In this document: positions 31,909 to 50,717 of the stretch, piece after piece
Layout of the letters: each line of letters begins with the position of its first letter
Numbering within the stretch: position 1 is the stretch's first letter
The notes under the pieces: model-generated
The model's input: the letters and a program-made list of their open reading frames with translations, nothing else
Databases searched by the model: none
What the model was told of the DNA's origin: nothing
Program-made: the position numbers and the translations under genes
Source: the human T2T-CHM13v2.0 reference genome, Homo sapiens
NCBI RefSeq assembly: GCF_009914755.1
Contig: NC_060947.1
Reading direction: 5' to 3' (one strand)
DNA length: 64,000 nucleotides

Positions 31909-33302
31909 TGTATCAATCATGTTTTTTATTTTCTATATTTTATGATGTGTTGACATCTTGGTGCCTTGCAGACCCAGGGAAGGTCTGTCCCTCCCAGGGT
32001 TAGCTAATTCCTAGAGATAGTAACTGACTTGCCTGTGAGCATGCCTTTGATATGCAAATCAACCAATCCACGTTCATATACCCCCCACTTCCTTTTACCA
32101 GACTCCTGCAGTCAAGGACACTATACCCCTACCTTTCCACCCTAAATCATCCCAGGGCTAGGTACGAGAGTGCTAGAGACCACCTCTAGGGACCAGAGCC
32201 TGCTGAAATTATTGATGCTATCCACCCAATCCTAAACCTGCTCAGCTGCTTACCCTGCCTTGCCCATTCCTTTCTTTGAAAACCACAATAAAGTGCCTAT
32301 GGTTTTCCCTTGCTCCTTCTGCTCCTTGATGCTCCCACATATGGCCCTGTGTGGCAAGGCATTGAAATGAGAGAGTTCCCTGATTCCCCTCGCAGGGTAT
32401 GAGACAGTGTTGTGGCTCGCCTGTTTGGTTGCCCCCCGCAGCTCAGACCCCTTACGGGAGGGGGAGCATGCAGATGAGCAGGTGCAGGAACCGGGGTGAG
32501 CACTTTTGGGCTCTGGCCCCATGGCAGCATCTATGGGTGGGTGTTTGTGACTCCCGAAGCCCAAGTGGGCATGTGTTACAGTGTGCTCCTTTAGCTTTGC
32601 CATCTGTAGATGGCTTGTGTGTTAATCAGCTCAATGGACCCTGTGCCTTATCACAAGGGCAGGGGGCGAGTGTGACAGCCTTCTGTATCCCAAGCTCTTC
32701 CTCAGTGTCCCAAAAGAATCGGATCACATGTGGGCTTGAAGGATGAGTGCAGGGTTTTACTGAGAGGTGGAGGTGGCTCTCAGCGAAATGGATGCGGAGC
32801 CAGAAGGGGGGATGGAGTGGGAAGGTGGTCTTCCCCTGGAGTCGGGGTGCCTAGCAACCAGACTCTTCTTTGACTGCCCCTGGCCGAACTCCCCTTGGCG
32901 TCCAGACGTCCCTCCTCTTCTCTCTCTGCTGCATTGTTCTGCCGTCACTGGTCAGCTGGTCCGCTTGCCTCCTCCTCTCTTTGCTTGGGGTTCTCTTCTG
33001 GAGCTTGGGGTTCAGGGTTTATATGGGGCCAGGGTAGGGGGTGTGGTGGACCAAAAGGCAACTTTTTGGGCGTGAAAACAGAAATGCCTGTCCTCATTAG
33101 GGCCTCTGGTCTTCATGCTTGAGGGCGGGGACTTTGCCAGGGAACCGCCCTCTTCTACCCAGTATTTCCCTGTCTCTTGTCCGTATCAGCGTGCCCTCTC
33201 ATCTTCCAAACTGTGAGTAATAAACCCTTTTCAAGGGCTGTCTCCATGTTTGTTGTCTTAACCATACCAGATTAAAGCAAATTCCAAGTGCATTTCAACA
33301 CA
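31909..33302 (+). mobile_element. Solo LTR (MER74-like, ERVL), interrupted by a second LTR and inserted in a MIR
   Basis: TG...CA ends with 5-bp TSD GGAGC at 31904-31908 and 33303-33307; contains ATGCAAAT/CCAAT and AATAAA; a MIR-like sequence resumes after 33308. Confidence 0.7.
32363..33188 (-). mobile_element. Solo LTR (MER50-like, ERV1) nested in the preceding LTR
   Basis: TG...CA ends; 4-bp TSD GCAT/GCGT (CpG decay); the minus strand begins TGATACGGACAAGAGACAGGGAAATACTGGGTAGAAGAGGGCGG. Confidence 0.7.
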
Positions 33303-35195
33303 GGAGCCACATCGATTTGAGTTCCAACTGGGCTCTGTCATTTACCCATCACGTGACCTTCGGAATATTACTTATCCTCAGCTGGCTCCAGTGTCCTTAT
33401 CTGCAAAAGATTCCTGTATTGTAGGACTGCTCTAAGGACTGATGATAATACACATAAGGTGAGCAGGCACTGAGGAAATAGTAGCTGTGTGGGAAGGAGG
33501 TGAGAAAAAATCAATGGATAAAATCCCCTTTAAGGCTCAGAGATGAACAAGTAGAACACATGGATAGATAGCCTCTCAGATGCGTATCTCCTTCCTAATG
33601 TTCAATTACTAGCAGCAACACATCAGGAGATAGTTCATGTACTGCTATTTTTGTTCCTCAACTGAAAAATGTACCCCCCACCCCCCAAATTAAATGATGG
33701 CTGCTGTTCCTGTTAAGGAAATAAAGCCTGATAATTACTCTTTTAAACAAGAGAATTAAAGGAAGCATAGTTTATCGCTTTGCCTCTGCTCAAGTGTCAC
33801 TTTGAGATGCTACACCTGCCTTCACTAATTACCCGATAAGCAAACTTATCAAGAACCACAGCAGAGAGACAAGAGGTTGGGATTTGAAACCATTCTGGCC
33901 TTAAGACAAATACTGGCCCTGTGACCTTTCGCAAATCACTTAATAGCTTCAAACTTCAGTTTCCTTATCTGTAAAAGGAGATAAGAACACCTACCTAAGG
34001 AAAATGTTTAAAAAGATCAGATACAATGTAAGTAATGTATATCGTTAGTGAAAGGCCTGGGATTTGAACTCCTCCAGTCTGAAGGACCTGCCAATAAGTA
34101 ACAGAGCCCACCACAATCCCCAGATCTGAGCTTTCACTATTTATTTTAATAGCTCTTCTCTCCCTCTCCTCCCTTCCTTCTTCTTTCCTCCCTCTTCCTT
34201 CCAATGGATGGATGAAAACATTTTTCAGAATTTGAATCACTTCCTTCTTTCTCACTAAAATTATGGCCCGCATGGGATTTTACTGCTTGAAACACAGGAC
34301 CCTGCACATCCAAATAATGACCAGATGCACTCATGTCTAACATAAAGACAGCTTCAGCTGTCATCCCGGCCAGTTAGCAGCTTGGGCTGTTGTTGCTGGA
34401 TTCCGTTACCTCGGATAAATCACTGTACCTGTGAGTCCTGCAGGGAGAGCAGTAAATGCCCAGGCAAGTCCCTTCTTGGGGTGGGGCTCGGTCCATCTGG
34501 AAGCCTTCCTCTTGTCCTGCAAGCTGCCCATTCTCGCAAGCACTCCTTCTGGAAGTCTTCCCAATGAATCTACCGCTCTGGGATTTCTGCTTCTCTGGGC
34601 ACTGACTGCCCTTATGGTCAGGCCTGCGTGCTTTAGGGTCATGTGGCCAAGTTGGGTTTCCTATACAGTATTTTCATCCCTGCATCAAGTTGACCAGTCC
34701 AGAACCTCCGGCATGGGTTCTTGGTCTTGCTTCATAAGGGTTTGCACAGGGCTAGGCATCTGAGAAATGCTCAAGAAACTTCCGTTGATTCATTGATTGA
34801 TCCAGTGAATGTCCAAGGTAGTCCTGAATGTTCTTAATTGAAATAATTGGGTGGGTGTAGAGCAGGCTATTAACAGACTTACCTTGCATAATGACTTTTC
34901 AATGAACTAATTTTCACATCTCTAGAATAGTTGTAAAAATTTTTAGAATAACGCCCCCTCCCCTTTTTTTTCCAGAATAATGACTTCTCACTCCCAAACA
35001 CACTAAATCGTATGCTAAATCATAATATTGAAATCATAGTTTCAATATTACAGTTTCAGGCAAAGACACATTCACCAGTTTCCCTGACACAACAGTTTCT
35101 GTTCAAAGAATCTCGAATGGAACAATTTTGAGTTACAGGTCAAGTGTGGATAAACATTTTATTTTGTATGCCATGTAGATGGGGTGAAGAGGTAG

Positions 35196-35473
<278 letters not shown>

Positions 35474-35503
35474 AGAGGTAGCATCTTTTACTACTCTTTA
35501 GTG

Positions 35504-36058
<555 letters not shown>

Positions 36059-36446
36059 TTAGTCCTGTGAGCACCTATTATTTCCCTGTGCTTTGAACTT
36101 CTTTATTTTGCCCTAAAGGGTTTTTTTTCTTTTCTTTTTTTTTTTCCGTGTTACTTTAAGTGTGGTTTATTTTGAGGGCAAGATAATCATCATCTCCTAA
36201 AAGGCTGAAAAATTAATGCAGAAAATGGCACAGAATGAACAATGTACCTTGTAATGAATGATTCTCCCACATCCTTTCCTCTGTCAGTCCCGCCACTCTC
36301 AAGTTTTCCTTTATTCCTCTGGTGAATAAAAGAAACCTTCATTACATTACATTACACAAATTATGCTTATTTTCAATATTTTGACAGTTCTATATTACTC
36401 TTACAGACTTGTTTTCATTGTTCAAGTAATACATTTTAAAATTACT

Positions 36447-36643
36447 TTTTTTAATTTTTAATTTTTGTGGGTACATATTAGGTGTACATATTTGTGGGTA
36501 CATGAGTTGTTTCGATACAGGCATGCAATGTGAAATAATCACATCGTGGTGAATGTGGTATCCATCCCCTCAAGCATTTATCCTTAGTGTTACAAACAAT
36601 CCAATGGCAGTCTTTCAGTTATTTTTAAATTTACAATTAAGTT
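36447..36643 (-). mobile_element. L1MA 3'-end fragment
   Basis: TTTTTGTGGGTACATA..GATACAGGCATGCAATGTGAAATAATCACATC..CCCTCAAGCATTTATCC. Confidence 0.75.
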
Positions 36644-37261
36644 AAATGAATACATTTTTCTATCTGTGTTTGCATATCTTAGTTTGGGATAGAATGCATC
36701 ATAATTTTCCTATTACAATTAATGAAAGTATTTTTTTTGGTTTAATGGCTTTTCACTCAGCAGTTGACCGTTCAGGAATGAATTCCTGTCGGTAAGTGAT
36801 GGGTAGGTATAACTTCAGGGAATCCCCAAATTGCCCTCACCTCTGGGGGAATTGCAAGTTCAAGGCAGGTGAAGGCTACTCCAGCTAGGAACTCACGGCC
36901 ACTATTCAATGTCAGTGGGGACACTGAAAGTTGTGAGGAGATTGAGAGGAGGAAGGAAAGAGGAAAGAAGTGAGTCCTGGTGTCGTGCTTGGGTGACTGT
37001 CCTCTCGCTGTGCACAGGAAGCTTTGTCAAGCAGCAGACATGCCATGTATGGCAATGATCCCATCCCCCATCTATCCATTTGTGATTTTCCCATGCCACC
37101 TGAGGCCATTCCTTGGTCTCAGTGTCCTTATTTGTGAAACAGAGTTAAAATACCTTTGCTATCAAGTATGTAGATTTACCATGAGGTTAAAGCGAATGTG
37201 CTATGCCTATATGAAGTATCACTTTTAGTTGAGCATTGAGAAGGAATAATTAGGGCCTTGA

Positions 37262-38229
<968 letters not shown>

Positions 38230-39039
38230 GAAGCTGGTTGTTAAGAGTAAGTGGCTAGGGCTAACTTGTATGATTTTTATTGCTCTCCTTTTCACTGTGA
38301 AGGGCCAGGAAATGTCGATGTTGGAGCTGCAACATTGAACATGGTTCCTGACTTTGTGGAACTCATGGTCTAAGATGTGTTCTAGAGTGAGGTCCAAAAA
38401 CTCTTGGGAGAATCCCATACTAGGGGCCAAAGTCCTGCTAGGGTGTGTTATGGAATAACAGCAACAAAATAATGTCAACAGCCAATGAGCACAGGATAAC
38501 TACAACACACCATGATGTCATAACTTGGACAAAGGCTTGTGACCCCCTGACTTTGGCGCAACATGAAATGAGCAGAAAGTAAGGTATATTATGGAATAAG
38601 CCCCAAAACTTGAGAGAATCCCATGCTAAGGGCTTAAGCCCTGACCAAGACAAGCCAGACAGGACCATGAATGTGTGGCCATGTTATACTGAGCTCATCA
38701 GCACCTGCTGAGCTCCTGTGTCACCTCTAAAGCCATGCGCACAAGTTTTGCATTGAGATAATTGCTCTACTGGTTTCTAGATATAGTTGAATTCTCCACC
38801 CCCACTCCCACTGCCCTATGACCTCCAGCAAAACAAAAGCAGGTAGGTAGTAATTGTGTTGTGAGTTAACGATATCTATATCTTTGGATAATAAAATCTA
38901 TATCATTTCAGTGGTAGCATTGGAATATCAGTTGCCCTTCCCCATGAAGAAAGCACATTGTTATCGTTTAAATCATTATCATAATCAAAAATATCAAAGA
39001 CCCAGTCATTCATCAGTCTTTCCAGTGAAGTCAACTGCC

Positions 39040-39347
39040 TTTGTTTTTTGTTTGTTTATTTTTGAGACAGGGTCTCTCTCTCTGTCACCCAGGTTAGAGT
39101 GCAGTGGCGCGATCTGGCTCACTGCAACCTCCACCTCCCAGGCTCAAGCGATTCTCCCACCTCTGCCTCCTGAGTAGCTGGGAATACAGGTGCTCACCAA
39201 CATGCCCGGCTAATTTTTGTGTTTTTAGTACAAACAAGGTTTCGCCTTGTTGGCCAGGCTGGTCTCGAACTCCTGGCCTCAAGCGAGCCCCCTGCCTCAG
39301 CCTCCCAAAGTGCTGGGATTACAGGCGTGGGCCACTACGCCCGGCCT
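39040..39347 (-). mobile_element. Alu
   Basis: Antisense dimeric Alu about 1 kb upstream of the PHEX ATG. Confidence 0.92.
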
Positions 39348-39699
39348 GAAACCAATTGCCTTTGAATTCATCCTGGGGAATCTGCTGAAGTGGACAGTTT
39401 ATGTAAACACAAAAACATCCTAATGAATGGCTGCCTCAGTAGGAGTGGCAGACAAAACACATGGTGCACTTTTCATCAAAAACACACAAGGAAAAAATTT
39501 TTCATCATATCTTTTGTAGTTGCTAATAAACTTAATTCACGCACTTGTGTTTTTTTGTGGGTTTTTTTTTTTGTACACTTCTTAGTACCACAAAGAGGAA
39601 GTGCTTTTTCTCCTTCCTTTAAGAAAAAGTTCCAGTTCAAACCATCAGCCTCTGTAGGTTGTCTTAATTGCTACTTTGCACTGCACTGGACTATGACTG

Positions 39700-40529
<830 letters not shown>

Positions 40530-42029
40530 TAGCAAAACTTGTCATAACACAGGTATAGGGCTGTTTGCCTGCGTTCATAGGTGGTGTATCTTTAGTTTCT
40601 ATCAAATATGCAAATGATAAAGAAGGCTTTTTTAAGGAGCCTAAATAAATAAATACACCCAAGTACCAAATGTATAGTCCAGAAGGCAAAGTGGGTGTAA
40701 GTGGCTTCGAGTGGCTGGCTGATTCTGTTGCATTGGGTGGAAAATTTTTTATGTGGTACATTTAGCAAAATGAGTGTTTGTGAATTCATAGTCACATAGT
40801 TTCATTTATATTTTGAGGAAAGACTTTACATTGTGATGAAAACCATGCTGGAGTGTCTTTCCATTTGACTTTTATTAATGTTTGCTTGAACGAATCATGA
40901 AATTTAATTCACAAAACACAAATCAGTCCTTTAAAGTGTGCTTTTAATGATATTCTTCAATTCCTTTCTTATCCAGTGACTCTGGTGAGATGCAATTTGA
41001 TTTACAAATTAATATGAAGGAAAACAGAGGTTTTCCCCCAAGATTTGAAAGATATTGTGATTCAGTTATTTTAATGACTGTTGGTGAGAATGATGTACCC
41101 AGAGAGTATATAGGATGATAGAAGTGTATTCCCATGAAAAAGAATCAAATATCTTGGAAAGGAGTGAGGGATTTTCTAAAATTCTAGGCTTTCTGAACCC
41201 TTGACTATTACCGTTTTAATTTTTCTCATACAACCCATAATACTTCATTAACTTGAACGTTACATAGGAACGAGGAGATTCTAGGTGCAGTTTGAAATGT
41301 AGCAAACCTGCAGGAGGCCATGTTTATTTTGGCAGGGGTAAACCAGTAATTAAACTTTAAAAGAGTTAGGGTTGTGTGGTTGAAAACTGCTAAAATGAGC
41401 AAACCATCTTTCCACGCTTTCTGTGGCTGAAGATTTAGGAAATTAGATGGGTTTATTGCTTTCTGATAAAGCGAAATCTCCTACTCCTGCAACTGAATCT
41501 GTGGCTCTTGAAAACTCTTGTAAGATTTCTCAGCACTTAGGGTTTAAACAAGGGTCCTCTGCTGAAATTCCAAACAAGAGGAAAAATTCTATGGGCATGC
41601 CAAAAGACTACAGGCTACGTGCAACGTGACTGCAAGGTTAGGTTTTGCAAATGCTCCCAAACTTAAAAATCCCAATAATTATTGTTTATGTAAAAATATG
41701 TACTCTTTTTAACGATATTACCACTGCACGAAACTTTTACAAAACTCTACTTTTATGATTACCTCCTGAGGCCGTGGCATATCGGTTGAAAGATTCTCCG
41801 CGGCAGCAAATCTTTGTTCTTTCAGAGAAAATTATTCTCAGGAAATAGTGCCGATGTTTTTAGAGCAAAGTAAAATTCATCAAGCCAGACGCTACTATTA
41901 TGGATAAGGAGGCCTGCATAAAATATGAAAGAGAACTTTCCAGCGTGCCCAATAACCTGGCTCTCACCTTGACTCTCTAAGAGGAGCTCAAATGATGTTA
42001 GAGAATAAGGGCAAACTGAGGCTGTGGCC

Positions 42030-42186
42030 TCTACAACTTTGCTTCTCAAAATGGGGTCTGTGGACCAGCAGCATTAGCATCACTGGGGAGCTTGAGCTCC
42101 ACCCCAGACCCGCTGATTCACAATCTGCATTTTCACAAGACCCCCAGGGGACTGTTTGCAAATGCAGGTTTGAGAAGCATTGCTTC
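42030..42186. mobile_element. MER5A
   Basis: CTTCTCAAA..GGACCAGCAGCATTAGCATCACTGGGGAGCTT..CCCCAGACC..GTTTGAGAAGCA. Confidence 0.7.
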
Positions 42187-42679
42187 AGGTGACCATATCT
42201 ATTTGGATGTATACATTCAGGGACACTTCTTTTTGTCAAATATTTCTGCACTATTTTAGAATCACCCCCTTACCCCCTCTCCCCGTCCCTCTCCTCAACT
42301 CTGCCACCCACCTCCACTCTGCACCCAGGCAAAGTGCTTGTCTGAAAAGCTCCAGGGACCTGCCTGGCAATGCTCTTCATGACAATATTCTAGTTAGGGT
42401 CGTCGTCTCTTCAAGGGGCTTCCTGCTTGACTTTGTGGTATATTTCTCTGCCTGTCCACATTCACTTACATGCCTGCAATTTCTAGCATCCCTTCGTACC
42501 TCATCTTTGTATCTGAGGCTCTGGGATAATCTCTCCTCGCAACCTTAGTGCTTCTACAGTAAGAGTGATTGCCAGTGGTCTTGCAGTGGCTTCCGAGAAG
42601 CTACAGAGCACCAGAATGGAAAACCTTTCTTCTTCTCCTTCCCCTCTCTTTCCTCCCCACAATCTGTTTCTCAGATGCA

Positions 42680-43015
42680 CTGGCTGGCAAACTTTTTCTG
42701 CCAAGAGCCAGATAGATAGTGAATATATTTGGCTCTGTGGGCCATACGGCCTCTTGCAACTACTCAATTCTGCTGTTGTTGCACAAAAGCATCCATAGAC
42801 AATATGTACACAAATGGGCATGGCTGTGTGCCAAGAAAATCTGATTTCTAGACACTGAAATTGGAATGTTATATACTTTTCATATGTCATGAAATATTAT
42901 TTTCCTTTTTATTTTTCCTGACCATGAAAAAAATGTAAAAGCCATTCATAGCTCATGGGCTGTACAGAAACAGGCAATGGATTTGACCTACAGGCCATAG
43001 TTTGCTGACCCCTGC
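42680..43015. mobile_element. MER58B-like MITE
   Basis: GGCAAACTTTTTCTG..GCCAGATAG..GGCCATAGTTTGCTGACCCCTG. Confidence 0.75.
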
Positions 43016-43336
43016 TTTCTGGCCATTCTTATGCTCTTGATCTGTGGATGACTCCACTGCATCCTAAGGGCATTTCCTCTGGTTATAGAGAAATCTACAA
43101 TGAGAAACCAAACTGCTATTTACATGTATTTTTTAAAGCTCCTAACCATTCAAAAGTAACATCTTAATTTTTATATTAAAAATATTTTCTTTATTGTCTC
43201 TATTTCATTCACTTACACCTTCACATTATCTGGGCTTATTGATCCTCATTTATTTGGAGAATTTTAAAATAACCCCATCCATGGAGATAATGCTCTTCCT
43301 TGAGGGGTTGGGTCTGTCAGTGTCCCAATTAATTAA

Positions 43337-43703
<367 letters not shown>

Positions 43704-44156
43704 TAGTTATATTTAAAACCTTCCTTCTGCTCATCGTTAGATAAAGATACCTGATTTTACTTCTTCCTTTGAGGTTTTGGGTCAAGAATTATCTCTCATG
43801 AAAGGAATAAGTCTTTAACGATTTTATTAGCTATTTTGTTTTTTAAAATAAGGCTAGGATCAAGAAGGTATTGTCCAGAATTATAAAAATATTATTTACA
43901 ATAAAGCTTATTTTTGCATTATATAAAAGAACACATGCTCACTAAAGAACATTAGGTCAACATATAAAAATTGACTGATGGGGAAAATTCCCCCTGAGGT
44001 TCTGCCACCCAGGCATATTGGAATATTGCACACTAATCTTTATGCTGCCCATATATATTTTTTTACATAACTTTTTTTTTTTTTTTTGCTTTATACAGAA
44101 ATCAAAACACACCTTTTTGCTAAGAAACTTATTTTCTTAAAAACAGGACTGAGATG

Positions 44157-44625
<469 letters not shown>

Positions 44626-45381
44626 CTACAGGTCTTCCATCTCTAGCAGAAATATAGGTACTGCCGAGCTTTCTGCCACAGAGGGCCTTGGTCCCCATTC
44701 ACCTCCCACCATCCCTCTCCCCATGGCCACATCTCCAAATGATTCATTGTTTCTGCTCACAGAGCACAGCAAGAATGAATTCCCCAGAATTTCCTCAGCT
44801 ACTACAAATACTTTTGAAATCTTAAACTAACATCTGCTAATGCCCAGGTGCTACCTGGGGTTGACAAATTGGGCACCCTTCTGTACTTCTGCAGACACCT
44901 ATTTAGATAATGTTGCCAGGCAGATGGAGATATTAAGCCATTGGTGAAAAGCTATTTCAATTTTAGACTTTTTTTTTTTTGGAGTGGGGGAAGGGAGGAA
45001 ATAGCTGGAAGCTTGGTCCACAAAGTTGCAAATGTCTGGTAGCTAAGCTGGGCCTGGTGGGCGGAGAGTTTGTGGGGTTCAGGGCAGGCGGACAATGACT
45101 GTTGCTATCAATAGGTGATTGAGATATGTTCAGTATATTCTTTACCCCTACCCCTTTTTTGGTCCGTATCTGTATGGATGGTTTAGATAAGATCCAGAAC
45201 TCTAAAAGCCAAACATGCTAGCTTTCTATTTCCACTCTGATTGGCTCCAAATGACATAGTTTAAAAGTTTCAATTTTCCCATCTTGAACATGGGCATGGA
45301 GTTATAAACCAATAGAGTGAAAGTATGAGACTTAAACCACTGATAATTGGAGGCTGAAGCGACTTTAGAGAGTGTCTCGCC

Positions 45382-45560
45382 CAGTGGTGCTCATATTTGA
45401 GCATGTATCGGAATCACCTGGGGGGCTTGTTAAACCGCAGATGGCTGGGCCCCACCCCCAGGGTTTCTGAGTCAAGATCTTGGAGTGGCTTTCTAACAAG
45501 CTTCCAGGTGCAGCAGCAGCAGCTGCTGCTGCTCTAGAGACCACACTCTTAGGAGCTCTG
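45382..45560. mobile_element. MER5A
   Basis: CAGTGGTGCTCA..GAATCACCTGGGGGGCTTGTTAAA..GGGCCCCACCCCCAG..GACCACACT. Confidence 0.7.
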
Positions 45561-45808
45561 GTCTAGTTATACTCACTTATCTTACGTACGAGAGAACTGA
45601 GTTTCAAAGCAACCAAGAGTCTTACCAAGGTTATTTAGCTAGCAGCTAGAGTCTGGTTTCGTGACATTGAACCAACTGGGTTTTGGAATACCGTGTCAAC
45701 ACTGAGAAGGATGAACTGATATCAAATATCTTGCGTATGTTTCCGAGGGTGGTTTACCGGATGGTGGTCTGCTACAACTCAGCCATTTATTGTGGTCTGT
45801 TTTTTCAG

Positions 45809-45877
45809 TGAGTCAAGGTCTCTTAAGTCTCCAAGCTAAACAGGAGTACTGCCTGAAGCCAGAATGCATCGAAGCGG
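45809..45877 (+). CDS. PHEX: PHEX exon 2 ([23 protein letters not shown])
   Basis: Acceptor TTTTTTCAG; 69 nt; phase 1-1; donor GTAAGT; contains the M13 peptidase C-x4-C motif. Confidence 0.97.
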
Positions 45878-46201
45878 GTAAGTCACAGTTTTCCATCCTG
45901 TGTCAAGTTATAATTATGGTACCTTGGGAAGTGGAAGAGAAGACAGGTGGTATTTTTAGTATTCTGTTTGCTTGAGGTTTACCAAGTACGAAATGCAATT
46001 TTGAAGAAATTTTAAGTTTATTTTCAAGTTTTGGTGTGAAACAGTGGAGCTTAGGTTTCCTGTTTTCTTTTTCCTTGCAAAAACTGTGGTATTCTAAGCG
46101 TTGTTACAAGGAAATCAGGAAGGGGCTTGGAAGGCTGAATGGCCTCTCTTAAGACCCACAGGCAGAGAACATTGGTCTTCCTATGGCTCCGCTGGCTATG
46201 A

Positions 46202-47400
<1,199 letters not shown>

Positions 47401-47698
47401 CACAGCTATTAGATTTCCCTCCTAAATCAGTGTTAGGGCCTAGATTTCAGGGAGCCAGATTCTAGCCCTCACCCTCATTCTTTAAGTGGGCAGGGACACT
47501 TTTTTCCTTTTTCCAAAAGGAAAGTCATCAAACAAGCATGTGGCCCTTTCACTTTCCTCTTGGCCTTAAAAGGTTAATGAACAAATTCACCAAATATTTG
47601 TTGCACATGAGGTACTGAGTTAGGTTTTGGAAATAGAGCAGTGAACCAGGTATGGGAAGAAAGACAATAAGGCAATTAATACAATGAGAAAATTATGA

Positions 47699-47815
47699 AA
47701 CTGGGTGTGGTGACACGTGCCTTTAGTTCCAGCCACATGGGAGGCTGAGGCTTGAGCCCTGGAGTTGGAGGCCAGCCTGGGCAAATTAGTGAGACCCCAT
47801 CTCTGAAAGAAAGAA
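47699..47815 (+). mobile_element. Alu monomer (FLAM/FAM-like)
   Basis: CTGGGTGTGGTG..GGAGGCTGAGG..CAGCCTGGGCAA..GAGACCCCATCTCT. Confidence 0.75.
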
Positions 47816-48578
47816 AGAGGAATATCAGTCAGTGGAAAATGTTATAGAGAAAATTAAAAAAAAGATAGAACAATGTGATAGCAAGTGACAGGATGGCTAG
47901 ATTGAAAAGCCGGAGGACATGACCTTGGAGGTGACCTTTGAATGATGAGGAGGGAACTGCTGTGTGAAGACTGAGGCAAGGGCTTTCCAGGTGGGGGGAA
48001 CAGATGGGGCAAAGGGTGCATAGAAGCATGAACTTGGTGGACTTGAGGAACGGGAGGAGCTTGCTAGGTGAGGTGCAAGTGATGAGGAGTCAATGGGGGA
48101 CCCAAGTGCCAGTGAGTTTGGGCTTTCCTTAAGTGTGCTCGAAAGCCTCTGGAGGCTTTTATGAAAGAGAATACATCTTAGGAGCATTTCAAAAGATGTC
48201 TCGGTGGAGGGCTCAGTTAGAGGGAGTCTTTCTTGATGGAGAAGAGACCATAGGGAGCAAGAATAGAAGAAGGTGACTCAGGTAGGTTTATTTCTGTACG
48301 CCAGGTGACAGACGATGCTGTCTTGAATTCAAGAGATGGAGAGGGAGAATGGGGGAAGGTTTAGGAGGTAGAGGGCCTATTGAAGGATTCGATGCAGGCT
48401 GTGAACAAAAGCAGACAATTGTGGGTGACGCTTAGATTTTTGGTGATGGTTGGGCAGTGGTGTTTATTGAGATGGGAAACACTTAGGTGAAAGAGCTTGT
48501 AAATTCGGAGACCTTATACAAAGGTAGTGGCTTAGATAATTATGTTAGTAGAGTTCTTTTTTTGTTCCATTCTTAAGT

Positions 48579-48582
<4 letters not shown>

Positions 48583-48628
<46 letters not shown>
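48583..48628 (+). repeat. (CT)n(AT)n microsatellite
   Basis: Visible directly. Confidence 0.95.
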
Positions 48629-48630
<2 letters not shown>

Positions 48631-49828
48631 TTAACCAGGCTGTGTGTTGAGTGCCTTACAGGCACCATCTCATAAAACCTTCATAAGACCCCTATGAAGT
48701 CAGTGCTATCACCAGCCTCACTGACAGATGAGGAAATGGAGGCTTCTGGAGGCTAAATAACTGCCCAGGGTCTCATCCTGAGTTAGTAGCAGAGCTGGAC
48801 TTCGTGTCCATGTCTGGCTCCTTTCCGTCTTTTCCTTGGTGATATGGGGCCATGCCAGGCAACTCTTTTTGGCCCTGGAACTATCTGAGAACTCCCAGGC
48901 CCTTTCCTGCTCCAGGCTTGAGTAGTTGACCTGAGGTTTTCTCCAGTGGTGAGAGATTGTCATGGAGTGGGGTGAGAGAGCAGGCGGAACTATCAGGACA
49001 GGTTTTAGAGTTTATGTCACCTGGTGCTTTGGCTGTGGTGGGGTTCTTGCAGATGTGTGAAATGGGAATTTTTGAGCTCATAAATTTTCAACTTGAGTTT
49101 AGAACACTTTTTTGTATGGAAGGCCACTTATTTCATGAGTTTTAGTTCTGTATTATGAATCATAATAATGCAAGACTAAAACTTACAGACTGACATTCAA
49201 AGATGTTGCCTTCTGCCAGCTAGTGTGTTCTGCCTTGCTGTCCTGTTTTTAATTTTCACATTGGCGAATGGCTTTCTAATGTTGAAAAAAAATATTGATT
49301 TTGCTGTTTCTGGAGTGAAAGGCTCACCAAAGACCCAGTTCTCTTTAGTGTAACGTGAGCCTCAGTGTGCCCAGGGGTCTGCAGAACAGCTGTGAGTACA
49401 CATGGCAGGAGAATTACGGCCAAGCCAGGGCCTTAAACAAGAGGCTGTGCGTGCGTGGGCGTGCATGCTGAAAGTTCAGAAGACTAGAGTGTTTGATCGC
49501 CTTCTGGACCATTTCTGAGCAGGTGCCAACCACTTCTGAGATGCTTCCTCTCCATAACTCTCCTCTTCTCTGTGTCCTCTTATTTTAATCCCTCTTTCAA
49601 AATAAGAGCTGTGCAAAGAATGCAAAGAAACAAGGAAAGGGCATGCATGCTCATGATCACAGATAAGGGCAGACAGGCTGACTGGGTTTGAAGCATGATT
49701 TAGCTATTTACAAGCCACATGATCCTGGGCTAAATATATAGCCACGCTAAGCCTCAGTCTCACCAAGTGTGAAATGGGAATAACAGGTTTTACTTATACT
49801 AGTCGTGAGAATAAAAGAAAATAATAAT

Positions 49829-50326
<498 letters not shown>

Positions 50327-50529
50327 TTATCCTACTTACAAGAATATGCATATGTTTCCCTATAGAAACATTAATGCACTTGCTTCAGGCCTGCCACTCC
50401 AGCCATTGCTGAAGTATTACATGATCTGTGGTTATATGCAATGTATTTATTTTCTAAAATCTGAAAAATCTATGAGCTCTGAAACATATCTAACCTCAAG
50501 AGTTTCAGATAAGTGATTGTGGAATTACA

Positions 50530-50717
50530 GTTCCCAGATTTAGCTAACTACATACATACGTACATACAGGATGCTTAGTGAAATTTGATTGCAGATATAC
50601 AATGACTACTTTTTCTGGTGTATGTCTCATGGACTATTTGGTACCTACTTATTCTAAAAGGTGGTTGTTTATCAGAAATTCAGACTTCACTGGGCATCAT
50701 GCATTTATATGGTAATG
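50530..50717. mobile_element. MER53-like palindromic MITE
   Basis: CCAGATTTAGC..ACAGGATGC..GAAATTTGA..CAGATA..TTGTTTATCAGAAATTCAGACTTCACTGGGCATC; degenerate self-complementarity. Confidence 0.6.

Noticed and set aside
41375-41381. RUNX motif TGTGGTT in PHEX intron 1
   Set aside because: A single 7-mer is expected several times by chance in 64 kb and is unsupported without ChIP or conservation data.
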